64,000 bases of DNA, from positions 372,001-436,000 of the forward strand of contig CM068761.1 in assembly GCA_035084275.1 (NCBI GenBank), read 5' to 3'. This stretch comes from Hydrolagus colliei (taxonomy: Eukaryota). Below are positions 49,109-60,900 of this stretch, piece after piece. A model generated the notes under the pieces. That model had not been told where the DNA came from. It searched no databases and saw only the letters and a list, made by a program, of their open reading frames with translations. How positions within the stretch are numbered: the first letter of the stretch is position 1; every line of letters starts with the position of its first letter. The position numbers and the translations under genes were made by a program.

Positions 49109-52100
49109 TTTCAAAAACCTTAAGTCTTCACTTGAGAACCAACTTGTACCATAAAACAACAACCAGCTGCTTGAGTATTGCCTTCATCAATCTTCATCAA
49201 TCTCCCTGTGTTGTGTGACTGCTCAGCATGTCATGGCTAGCCCTCTGTTATCTGTGTTCACTTGAAAAGCTTGGCCTTATTTGGAATCGAATCCTTTCTA
49301 CCATGAATGGTTTAGAACCAGATCTAACCGTTGGAACTATTCAAACAGCATGGAATGTGTCAGACGCTGTGGTCTATCCCGTTCACGGTAAGTGGCTGCT
49401 CCACCAACCATACTTCACATTTTGATGCGCACAAATTGGCCTAGACAATACACAGTCCTTACAGTTTACATTATATTCTGTGAAGCACAATGAAAGACGC
49501 TGTGTCAAACGTATGGGTTATTATTAGTATTATGGTGAGGCAGCAGGCTGATGTAGCTTGGGTAGTTTTGCCAATGTATAACTCTTGATACATATTAAAA
49601 TATTATTCAATCCTTTCACTTTGTTGCTTGTGTGCTTTCCAGACTTGCATTAGGGATTACTTACAATATCAAGCATTCAACGTCATTATGAAATGAGTCT
49701 TGCAGCAAAGTTATGATTTATGCTGATCAGTTGTTTTATTATCTTCTGTAATGTATAAAAGCAGATGGTGATGTTTCTGTACCTGTAAAACCTCCCTTGG
49801 CTATTTACACGATATTGTTATGCTTTGATGTTTCACTTGTTAATGTGTGTTGCATGATTACGTAGTAATCGTGCAACCAAAGAAACGTGAAGTGGCAGCA
49901 ATTCCGTGGCCCTTCACTGATAGTTAGTTATACATTAGGGTGTCTGTCTGATTAGTGCGAGAAACACACAGGTTTTTATTATGATTCTCTGATGACTGTC
50001 TCAGTAAAATGGTGTGATAGCTTGGGTTGGGCTGGGATTAGGGTTGAATTTAATGACAGCCAGTTTGACCTCTCAGAATTAAGCGGATCTGTTCGTAAAC
50101 TGTGCTCAGTACAGTAACATTGCAAAATAAATCATCTCAGCCACAGCTTGTAATGTGCTGGGCTTGACTTGGTTTCTCCCTCAGGAAAGGTGATAAACTT
50201 AAAAATTACATCCGCGATAATAAATCCGCCGAGTTTCTGTCATTTCTCAACAACAAATGATTCAATGGAAACAGTGTCATGACAAGATAGTTCTGGACAT
50301 TTTCAGGAGTGTGGGTGAGACCCGAACAGCAATTGGAGTGTTTTGTTTTGTGTGATGATCGCAGTCTTTTTACATCAACACACGGATGACACTTGTCACT
50401 GCTTTGGGTAAGGTTTCTCTGTTTCGCTCAATGATTTTGCTAATTCATCACTGCACTGAGAGGCAGTAAGATATCGCGGTGCAGTGATCTAGTTATCTCC
50501 AGTTTTCATGTGTGTACCAATTTGCTGAGAACAATGAACACGAGCGCTGCCTGTTGATCTGCCAGGGTACATGGTTATCAGGGAAAAAAAACAGCTCGAA
50601 AAGGCAAACCCTTTTCTCTCACCTGCACAAGTGCTGCCAACCAAGCCCTGCCTCAGCCGGAGTCACTTTCATCTCTGGGTCTCAAGGTTGTGAGTTCATT
50701 GGGAACTTCAAGCTCCCCATCCAATCTGAGGTTCCAATGCGGAAGTGTGAGGAGCGTTATGTTGGAAGAGTGGTTAAGCTGGTTTTCTATCTTGGCCTGT
50801 GCAGGTCGATGCTGACATGACATTGTTGAGGCTGAGAATCCTCCACATTAAGTTGCTGGTTAGCTTTGTGACTGCTTTGGGAGATCTTGCTGTGCGCTAG
50901 CCCAATGCATGGTTTTGAAGTGGGTTTAATCGCTGCAGAAAAAAACGGTTTGGAAATTAGGACATGAATCTAAGAATTCTCCTCAATCTCCTCAACCTAA
51001 ATAATCCTTTATGCACATGAGGTCTAAGCCATGTGAGGATTTCTTACTGCCACTTAATTTCATTCAATGCCACAAAGGTAAGATGTTTGTGGTCAGTGAG
51101 AACAAGAAGATGGCTTGCCTACCTGATGTCCGTCTCAGTATCTCCTGTGGATTACGGAACAGTTGGATGATTTAATTTTGAAATTAGATATGAGGACGAT
51201 TAATGGCCCTATTGGTGGCTGATTAATGGCAATCCTGAAGGATCGAAGCTCTGTCAGTAAATGAATTTGGAACTAATCCCTCAGTGCAACTGCATTTAGT
51301 TTTATGTTCTCATCTGTGATGGTCTGGTGATTTAATGTTTTTTTTTTGCAAATCCTTAAAAGAAAAATCCATCTTGAGCTTTATTATAAAGCTGCCTGAA
51401 ATCACATATATTCATTTTTAATCTTCTTAATGAGAAGACGTGATAAGGCGCAATATCAAATGCAAGGTTTATTATTATATTATGTGTGACTTCAACTCAG
51501 GAGGGGGGTAGTTTCATATTTAAAATAATCCTTGCATTTGATCCGACGCCTTTCATCTCAGGAACATGCCTCAGAGAGCGATTGCATAATTGCGATCTAG
51601 TGACTTAGATGGGAAGTTATGTGGCAACATATTGGAACTCAGGTGCAAAAGTCAAGAAACACTCATCTTCATCATGGGGCTCACTGAATCTCCCAGAGTA
51701 TCACTTGCCATAGATTCTCTCTGGTCCCAAAGGCACTAAAACCTGTATAGGGCCCTCTCACAGGCTAATTCTCCTACTGCACATTGCTTCACAGATTTAC
51801 AACAACAACAACAAAATTACACTAATAGAGCATCTTTCAGTCAGGAGGATGTCCCAAGGTGCTGAACATTCAGGACATTTAGTAATGTGTTGGAACATGA
51901 AAGCCCATAATAATACCTCGAAGTTAATCATGATCAAAATAAAATACAAAATTGATAAATAAGTTTTTAATGCAAAGCCACTACTCCAATTTTCAAGCAG
52001 AATGTTTGGATAGCCGGCGGATATCTTATACTAGTTGAATCTGTTATGGAGTAATGGAATCTGACATTACCAGAGTTATCCCAGCAAGTTAATGCTAATC

Positions 52101-53554
52101 CTCTCTTGATCCAGAGTTAATTATCAGAAGCTTCACAATGTCACAAACCAACTGTTCAGAACATTTCTCTGTTCCCCGCACTGCTGTTTATCTGGCTTGG
52201 GCCGCTGTGAAGCCCGAGGGCGGTGGAATCTGTGTGTCTGCATCTCAACAAAATATAGACAGATGTACTTTGCATTATTAAGTAGGTCCCCAAAACACTG
52301 GATGTACATAATTAATCAAATCTCGTGTGCTAGTCTTTCATAATGGAAAGTGAACTGCCCTCTCTTCTCAACTGCTACATCAATACAGAAAGCTGCAGCT
52401 CCTCTACTGGGGACGGTTAGAGTTTTTCCTGCAAACACTTCTGTATGAACTATACATTCCCGAGGATACTCTGTAGGTATTCTATAACCCACTGTGTTCA
52501 AAAAGAACAGTATGGCTACCTTGCAGATTATCATAGAGCTAACTGGGGTGCCGTGACTCGCTTTCAGGTTCAAGTACATGATTTTCCCCCCAAAGTGTTT
52601 TCTGTTCTCAGTTTATCTCACATGGGAACGTGCTGAGCTGCAATACAGGCAGATGAGTCATTGATGGCAAGTTAACCGAGCACTTGAGCAAACGTCCCAC
52701 AGCTCCCACCCCTCACAGTAATGGCAGGAAGACCTGGGAGCAGGTTCAGCTGGTTTTTCATTCCAATTTCAATCTCTCAAATTTCCAATTTTAATTGGGG
52801 TTAGGATAGACAGCTTCCTTGGAACTGAAAACACCCTGTCTAATGGGTCGAATGGCTCCCTGTTTTGTGGTGGATTTCTATGTTGCTAAAGTAATTAAAC
52901 AAAGCAATTTAAACTAAGTTTTTTTTAAAATCACCTTCTGCAGAGCAATAAACAAAAATTCCTATAGCAGTTTTAATTTCAAACCAAAAAACTGATCCTG
53001 CTTCCAAACTAGATTAATAAATATAACATCCTTTGAACAACTAAACAAGCACACCAACCCCATTCCCCAACCCAAATATCTACTCTGCAATCTCTGTGCC
53101 ATTTAACTGATTTGAAAACCCAACCAGGCCATCTTGTGGCCAAATGGAGAAAGTGGTTGAAATCATCTCAATCCTGTTGTCATTAACAATTGCAAACAAA
53201 ACTCCCACACAATCGACTGCTGTTAATTCTGTGTGAAAAATACAAGGTGGTATATGCACGGTGGGGGCCATTAGAGAAGTATGGAAATCAACATTGATTA
53301 TGTAATTAGTTTTTTAATTGTGCCCTCTGGGTACCTCACACACAAACATCCTATCCTCTGCTCAGCCACTGATTACATTTGAAAATCATTTAGATCTACA
53401 CAGCAGACAGGTTAAGCAGTTTTAAGTATCAGTGATTTTTTTCTTGTTTGGGCGTTTGATGACATCAGTGGACAGGAAGTTTTGCAGATACACTATGCTC
53501 ACTCTGCCCTCCATGCAGAGAGCTGAACAGTAATGTATGCGATCGAATAGACAG

Positions 53555-53628
53555 CTTTCTCTGAGAGCTGGTGCAGATTTGATGGGCTGAATGGTGTCCT
53601 TCTGGACCATAAATTGCTATGATTCTAT
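53555..53628 (+). mobile_element. CR1-type 3' tail relic (others at about 29810-29845 and 52840-52885)
   Basis: gcagatttgatgggctgaatgg...tgctatgattctat. Confidence 0.6.
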
Positions 53629-53816
53629 AATTGGATTTGTTTCAACAACAAGTAACACTTATAGGCTTGAAATGTCTCAAAGCACTTTACAAAATACAAT
53701 GAATAAGAAATGGGAGTCAAGAACCAAATTGACAAAAATATAAAGGGCTTTGTGTTGTAAAGTCACTGATAATAAACCTTACATTTGTGGTTTCACCTTA
53801 ATATTATAATGTATTA

Positions 53817-54024
53817 CAGTAAAAACCTGTTTATCTGTGACCCAATCAATCATAACTTCCGTATAACTGGCATCTCAAAAAACGGTCCACATTCGATTAA
53901 CCGGAATTTATCCGGCACAATGCATGAAAAAAAAATTTGGGGGTGTTTTCGGCCGAATATCCGGCATGCGCTTTAACCGGCATTGGCCATATCCCGAGGG
54001 CGCCGGATAAATGGTCTTTTACTG
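53817..54024. mobile_element. pogo/Tigger-like (Tc1-mariner) MITE, 208 bp
   Basis: TA|CAGTAAAAACCTGTTTATC ... GATAAATGGTCTTTTACTG|TA: imperfect TIRs with CAGT ends and a TA target duplication. Internal repeated (a/t)aaccgg/atccgg motifs. Confidence 0.78.
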
Positions 54025-54568
54025 TATTAGTAAAATAGCTTCCAAATCCAAAGGAGGGAATGAAAGATGTAACATTTTTAAATAGGTTTTATCCCATCAA
54101 TGACTGTACTCCATGGCTTTTGGAACTTTAAGACAAGTGCTGGTACAGACTCTTAAAATCAAGGTGAGACAGACAAAGTGCACTATGTACCTGACTGCCC
54201 CAATGTTAGTTCTTTATTTGATTATTTCAACAGGACGGAGCTAAAATTACCGAATGTGGCAAGTGTTGCAATGGATTAGAACTCAACTCATATTCTTCAT
54301 CCTTGGGAGACTCAGGCTGAATCCAGTGCAGGTTTTGCTGATTATTGGTACCAGTCTCAGTTGAGTTCACAGTGCGGGTATACAGCGCAGGGCTGCTCAT
54401 TAACACACACTAATTGGCATAAAATTCACAAATTCCATTCAAAGGCCAACTGAAAATTCTATCTTGCTGCACTGACAGCTCTTGTGAAGTCGGAATCATT
54501 GAGAAAGTGCAGAGGCAACGTTGCACTGAGCGAGTGGGTCTGATCAACACGGTGCTGCTGAGCGAGTG

Positions 54569-54928
54569 TTCAAATCTACTCGCTTCCTGGCACCTCCCTA
54601 ACCTCTCTGACCTCCTCACTCCCTAAATCACCACACGGTGCCTCCCGCTCGTCACTCGCACCCTCCGTCCCACCATCAGAGGTTGCATTTTCAGCCACTA
54701 AGTTCTCAAACTCTGGAACACCAATCTCCAACAATGCCTCCGCCTTACCCCCTCTCTCCCCGTCTTCATGTCTCACCTGAAAACCTTCCTCTTCGACTGT
54801 GCTTGCTGCCGCCTCCCACCAACCTCCCCCCCACCCACCCAGCGTGGAGTCAGTCTCTGACACTGTTAAGCGCTCTGAGACGCTTCCTGGCATGGAGGGC
54901 GCTATATAAGTACAAGTTGTTGTTGTTG
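54569..54928 (+). mobile_element. L2 3' fragment (older subfamily) inserted in a short tandem repeat
   Basis: gcacctccctaacctctctgacctcct...ctctggaac...aaaaccttcctcttcgac...gagggcgctatataagtacaagttgttgttgtt. Confidence 0.8.
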
Positions 54929-57900
54929 GGTGTGATCAAAGCTGTATGTGCTGAGCGAGTGGGTCTGATATGGTGCTGGCACTAAGAGACAACAATTATC
55001 GTCCCCACATTGTAAATTAATAAAGTGATGCCATGGAATGAACCATAACTAATATATAACGATATCTTCATTTCTTAGTTGCTGACTGCATCTCATTCCT
55101 TAAGTAAATTGGATCAATTTGATTCTGACCATGTAAAATGATCTCTGTGCTATTAGGAGGAAACAAGTTAACAAAAGTAATTGACTCCAGACAAGGATTT
55201 GCTAAGTGTGATTACACTCCCAGGCACATTTCATTTTGCTGTTGTTGTTGAGGTTTGACGTGCACTGAGGAGAGGATCAAGTCCCTGCCTCGCAAACACA
55301 TCGAGAACAGATCCATGGGTTACTGCTGCTCCCATCACTTTCCACACATTTTCCCGTTTATATTTATGGCTAGAAAAATAAGCTCCAGAACTTACGTGCA
55401 GCAAATCGGAGACGGAATTCATGTAGAGAAAGGAATATACTGCATGGAGCTCTGTAATATTCTCGTGGCCCTGGCTCTCTGGGACACTACCCCATGTGAA
55501 GAGCGCTATATAAGTGCAAGTTATTCTTGTTAAACTCATCGTACACTGAGAACCGGGCTGACCTGACTGACACTAACACTGATTGCACCACATAAAGGAG
55601 TTGTATATAATTGTCCACAAAATCACCTTGAATACAGCTGAAGCAGTAAAAAGCATTGCCGGGTTTGCTTTCAGAAACTGACAAAGGTACATTGGTGCGG
55701 AAGGGACCTATTTCAGTCTCCACTCACATTAAACTGCAGAAAGCGTTTTAAAAATGCAATTAGAACAACAACAAAACAATTACTCTTGTATAGCAAGCCA
55801 ATTACCGGAGTACGTGTTTTATCATTATCATTCTCTCTGCTGCTGTCCTGGCCAACAATCCTCTAATAAAATTGGGCCATTCAATTCATTGTTTGTGGGA
55901 CAAATTGTTTGTGAATTGTGCACAAATTGGCAGCCGCATTCTCCTACAAAATGTAGTCTCTCCACTTTACAGTAAATCATGTGAGATGTTTTGAGAAATA
56001 CTCCCATCATAAAAGGCGTGATATAAATTGCATGATAAATAGAATAATTATTATGTTAAATGTTATAATAATAAAATAATAATCTCTCAATATGCATTTA
56101 TCAGTAGAACAATGAAATTAATCATATGGTGCCAACATAAATTATTTTAAAAAAATCACATTATTGCTCTATAAGTTGTCATAAAGAATGAGTTTGACTT
56201 CAGCGAATTTTCTGGCAGTGGGTGATCGGAGCAGCCATGTTTGCCCTTGGAGGCGCAGTGTATGGTTTCAAGGAAATGGACAATAATGCACAAGGTTGCC
56301 TTCACGATCACTGTGACGTTGGGGATGCAGCTGAAATTGTCACCTAGAACATACAAAGGGAAGGTTACGGATCTCTGTGAGATCACTAATGTTTATAAAG
56401 ACTACATTGACAATATCTTGGGAAAAAAACCCGTAAGATAATGTGAAGTGAAACATGTCTTCAGGTTGGATTGAATATGATGGAGGTGTTCATAGAAATC
56501 TGTGGGGAATTTATCAACCTAGGGGAGAAATTTATGAACTTTAATGAGGAAAAAATAGTCCTGAACAGGACATCATCCAAACTCTCTCGACAACATCCAC
56601 GGAAGATCTGTAAACAGGTGAAGAGGAAAATGGAACAAGACTTTCAGGTTAGTGCTTGAATAATGTTAAATTGAAAATGAAGACAGCAAATCTTCACTTT
56701 CGGTAAAATCTCAATTCAAACTAGTGAGAATATTATCTGGTGTCCTGGGGCTGCCTGAAGCTGACTGCAGTTGGCACTGAATTCAAAGCCGTGCTCCGTC
56801 AATCTTGAAGCTGTTTATAGAATACTGTGCATCTTTTGTGGAACATTTTCCTGTGATACAAATTGAAACAGGCCTATTTGTTTGATGGTCTGGCAAGGAA
56901 CTTGTATAAGATGTCAGAAATCAAGCCAAGTCTGGTTAGACAGATGCACGTTCAGCATATTATGCCATTTCTGACTTCACTTCTGATTTGTATCAACTCT
57001 GTGTTTTTGGCACCTGCTCATCAGGTTTCAGCTGTGGGTGGTTATACAATAATACAGTACTCAGTGAAATGCTGCTGCAGATGCTATTGTACTCATAGCA
57101 AAGCACCGCTGCCATGATACGCTAATTCATTCTCTCGCTGTATAACCTGGGGTATGTTTTTCTCCTAATCTAAATTTTCTACAAATTCATCCAAATTTCC
57201 AATGAACCGGCCGCCCAAACTCATTGTTTTATGTGTGAGATGTGAGCTGTTGATTACTTGTTGCCAGGGTAGATTTTCTGCACATTCCCTATTATGCAAT
57301 GCAGTATAGACTTGAAACACAAGTAAAGGTGGGCTGTGGTCGAGATGCTCACTGGGCATTTTAACACAGGACGTAGAAGTGGATGGTGTTATATTGTATT
57401 ACATCTTTTGGCCAGAAGTTGTCTGCAAAATGAAAAGCGAAAGATTCCTCGTTAGTTTGAGATCTAATTGTAGAGTGCTATATAAATAACTCTCAGGCCC
57501 AGTTTGTCAGCTGGAGATGGTATTCCATCAGGAGTTATTTCCTTGTGGTACAGTGTCAAGTTGTCTCCACATTTAATAAGTGGAAAATGCAGATTGGCCA
57601 CTGCAGAACCTCAGCAGATGGAAATCATTCTGTTCACCACGCTGAGCTCAGCACATGACAAACGCTTAGACATCTACACTGACTGAAGGAACTTCTCGGT
57701 TTGACAGCCTATCAACCCTTTGCCACCCAGAACACTTTGGAATTCTCAACTCTTTCAGTGTGTTGCGGAAACACCATCTGGTGTACATTACAAACCGCAA
57801 GGATTGCACCTCACATCGGTCAGAATATCCTCCTCTTTCCTGGCTTAACTCCAGGACTGAAAATTCCCAACAGGTAAGGTGCCAGGGAAAACCTGTGCTC

Positions 57901-60900
57901 TGTCCCGATCTGCCACACTCACTCCCCAAACCCAGTGTCTGAGAGTATTGCGAGTAAACACATGCTGAGCTGAAGGCACTAGATCCTTGTACTTTGTCAA
58001 ACAGTTCAGATGTGGGTGGGAGTGTGGGCGGTCGGGTGGGGGCGGTGGATGAATGTCCTGGAGACGGAAAGGGATGGTGATCATTGGCGCGGAAGGAAGG
58101 TAGGTTTTGACTGGGGATTTAAAGAAACATGGGGGAGCGAGTCAGAAGGGGTGGAGAGGAACAGAATCTTTAACTAAAAATGTGTTCCAATACTTTAGGT
58201 CTTTAAATGGACCCAACAAATAACAGAACTGTCTTGATAGAGAAATGTGCTGGAATGGCCACTGTGCCAAAGGCAAGGCTGACACAGTGACCTGATACTA
58301 ATAGGAATGTCCAAAGCAAAAGAGGTCAGAGACCTGATTGGAGGCAGAGAGCTGGCGGGAAAGCAGAACACTCACCTATTCAGCCATTTATGCTGCTGTG
58401 ATGCTTATCACTTGGGGGGGATGCAGGCACAGAACCAGGTATAAATACTGGCAAATCATTTGGCGATTTATTATTTTGGCATTTGGAGAACAATGCTGTT
58501 CTGGTTTTATATTTAATATTCCCCCTCTCCTACTCTCTTTCCTCCTACTCTGACCCTTCCCCCCCCCCCCCCCCCCCCCCGCCCCGTTCGGGTCCTGACC
58601 TGATTGTTCAGCGCCTTGGGACGCCCTCCCGACACGAAAGGCTCTCTATAAATGTCATTTTGTTGTTGTTGTTATTGCCCATTGTCTTGTTCACACAGGA
58701 TTCCACATTGTTGTGTGTATGTGTGACCAGCAGAGAGCAGTCCTCCACCAGTGTATGTCAGTGCTGAGAGGGTGGAAATCGCCATTGATTCTCAGAATTG
58801 CTTTCAATATTTAGTTTAAACTCTTAGTACTTTTAGCATTACTAGCCTGAGATACATGAGATACTAACTCTTTGCATAAATGAGCTGAGAATCACAAAAC
58901 AATTTTACAGTTAACTAATGCAACACATTTGTGCCACGCTCACAGGTCTCAGGCTGGGTAAGTACAGAAAATAATAGTTTTATTAGAGTATCATGTAGTC
59001 CACACACAATCCCAATGTCAGTCCTAGGGCAGCAGCCAGTCACAGGTCTGGCAGTTTAATTGGATTAATTTTGGAAGAATTGCAGAATATTGTGGCCACG
59101 TGATGGAATTATCAATTTAATCACTTACTACCCCATAAAATGAAATTAGTTCCATGTTGGACTTCTATTAAATAGAAGAAAATCCAGAAACAAATGAAAT
59201 GGTGACCTGACTGAAATAAATAATCCAGGCGCTGACTTGACCAATTGCAGTCGCTGTGCTCAATCTCAAGAGGCAAATTAGATTGGAACAGGAATGAGAT
59301 AAATAGTTTGGCTGGTTAACTACTTAGACCAATTACTTATTAGACCGTTAAAGTCTCACTGGACCAGTTCCTTATTGACAATGTCAAGTGTGTTTTCCAC
59401 AAGAGTACCAAATGCGAGGATTATTATTACTATTATAATTCATATTTAACAACCAACCATATGGCTTGCTGTCCCCTATGCAATGACTTGCTGTGACTCT
59501 ATTATGGGGCTTATGATGTCCTATTATCTGATGAAAGTTGTCCTCTCTCATGGGTCTTACAATTAAACTGGAAAACAATAGGTAAACCTGATATTAATAA
59601 TGTTGCTTTGCGATTCTATTCTAACGTTCCCATTGTGACATGACATTTTGAATAAGGTATGTTTTTGTCTCTCATCAACCCACTTGATAGATCCCAAGGA
59701 GTTATTATGTCTCTTCCAAGTGCTTGATCAGCAGCCAGCGGTCCTGATCTACAGCTGGCCACCAGAATGAAGACAAGGCCAGGCCAGGAACGGAGACTGA
59801 CCAATCCAGACACTTGCTCTTCACAGACTGTCTGGGGTCCAACAACAACTTTGTGCATTCATACAGCACTGTTCCCCTAAAATAAAATGTCTTGAATCAC
59901 GATGCAAAATCAAACCACTTTGAAATGCAATGCGTGTTATTACTGAGACAACAACAACAACAAAATGACATTTATAGAGCGCCTTTCACGTCGGGAGGAC
60001 GTCCCAAGGCGCTGAACGCGAACCAGATACAGAAGCTAATCTGTACCAGCAATGTTCTGTAAACAGCAATGAGGTGAGCAGCTGATTCATTGAATTTGGG
60101 AGTAAATTTGGAGCAGGAAGAAAAGTAAGTGGGGATAATGTTACACACCCCACTACTGCAAGCAGATAAGGGTTACATTGGTTTTCATCCTGAGAAAGAG
60201 TCGGCATCGCTGTTTGGGAAGGAGAAGTGGTAATGGGCTGAGAAGCATATGGCCGTATTTTGGCTGAATGTGAGGCATATGTGCAGCCAACATAACTGTC
60301 TGCATGTTAACCCACTGCAGTTAATATTGCTGATAAATTATTCAGATCATACAAGCACACACAAGCAAGAACAGCTGGGAAATACTGGAGCAGTGCCGAC
60401 TGCATTCAATACTTCAAGCCGTTATGTGGTTGAATCTCGGAGTGTTTTAATGAGGTTTGGTGACCAGTGTGTCTGCACACTTATTGAACACACCAGGACT
60501 AAGATTTCCAACGCGAGGACCTGTGTTATCTCAACTAACTTCTCCACAGTGACCTGTCTCTGGTTTCCTCCTCATCCTCTGAAAATTAGCCATTTATTAA
60601 TGTTCACCACCGAGGGACAATTCTACGGATTGATCATTAAATACTTTTGTGGGGGAATTCCACCCGGGTTTACTTTATTTATGTAGCATCTCAGAACATC
60701 TAGAATTTGGCAAATTCTTAAACACAAACTTCATTTTGAAGCCAGCTTTCTGTAAGTTAGTTAATGAACTACAGATGGCTGGCTTTAAAGCTTAAACTGA
60801 ATTCAATAATTTGCCAAATTTTAGACACTCTAAAGGTTATATAAAAAAACTACATCAAGACGGGGGAAGGGGAGGGGGCTCGGTGTAGCAAAGTAGTACC

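Noticed and set aside
58559-58580. Long poly-C run (and poly-G at 9903-9925, 22493-22510)
   Set aside because: The poly-C is an expanded C-rich tract of an L2 3' UTR and the others are simple homopolymers. Their lengths may also be assembly-uncertain.
60249-60686. 145-aa plus-strand ORF
   Set aside because: No recognisable domain or convincing splice context. The length is compatible with chance in 64 kb of six-frame translation.
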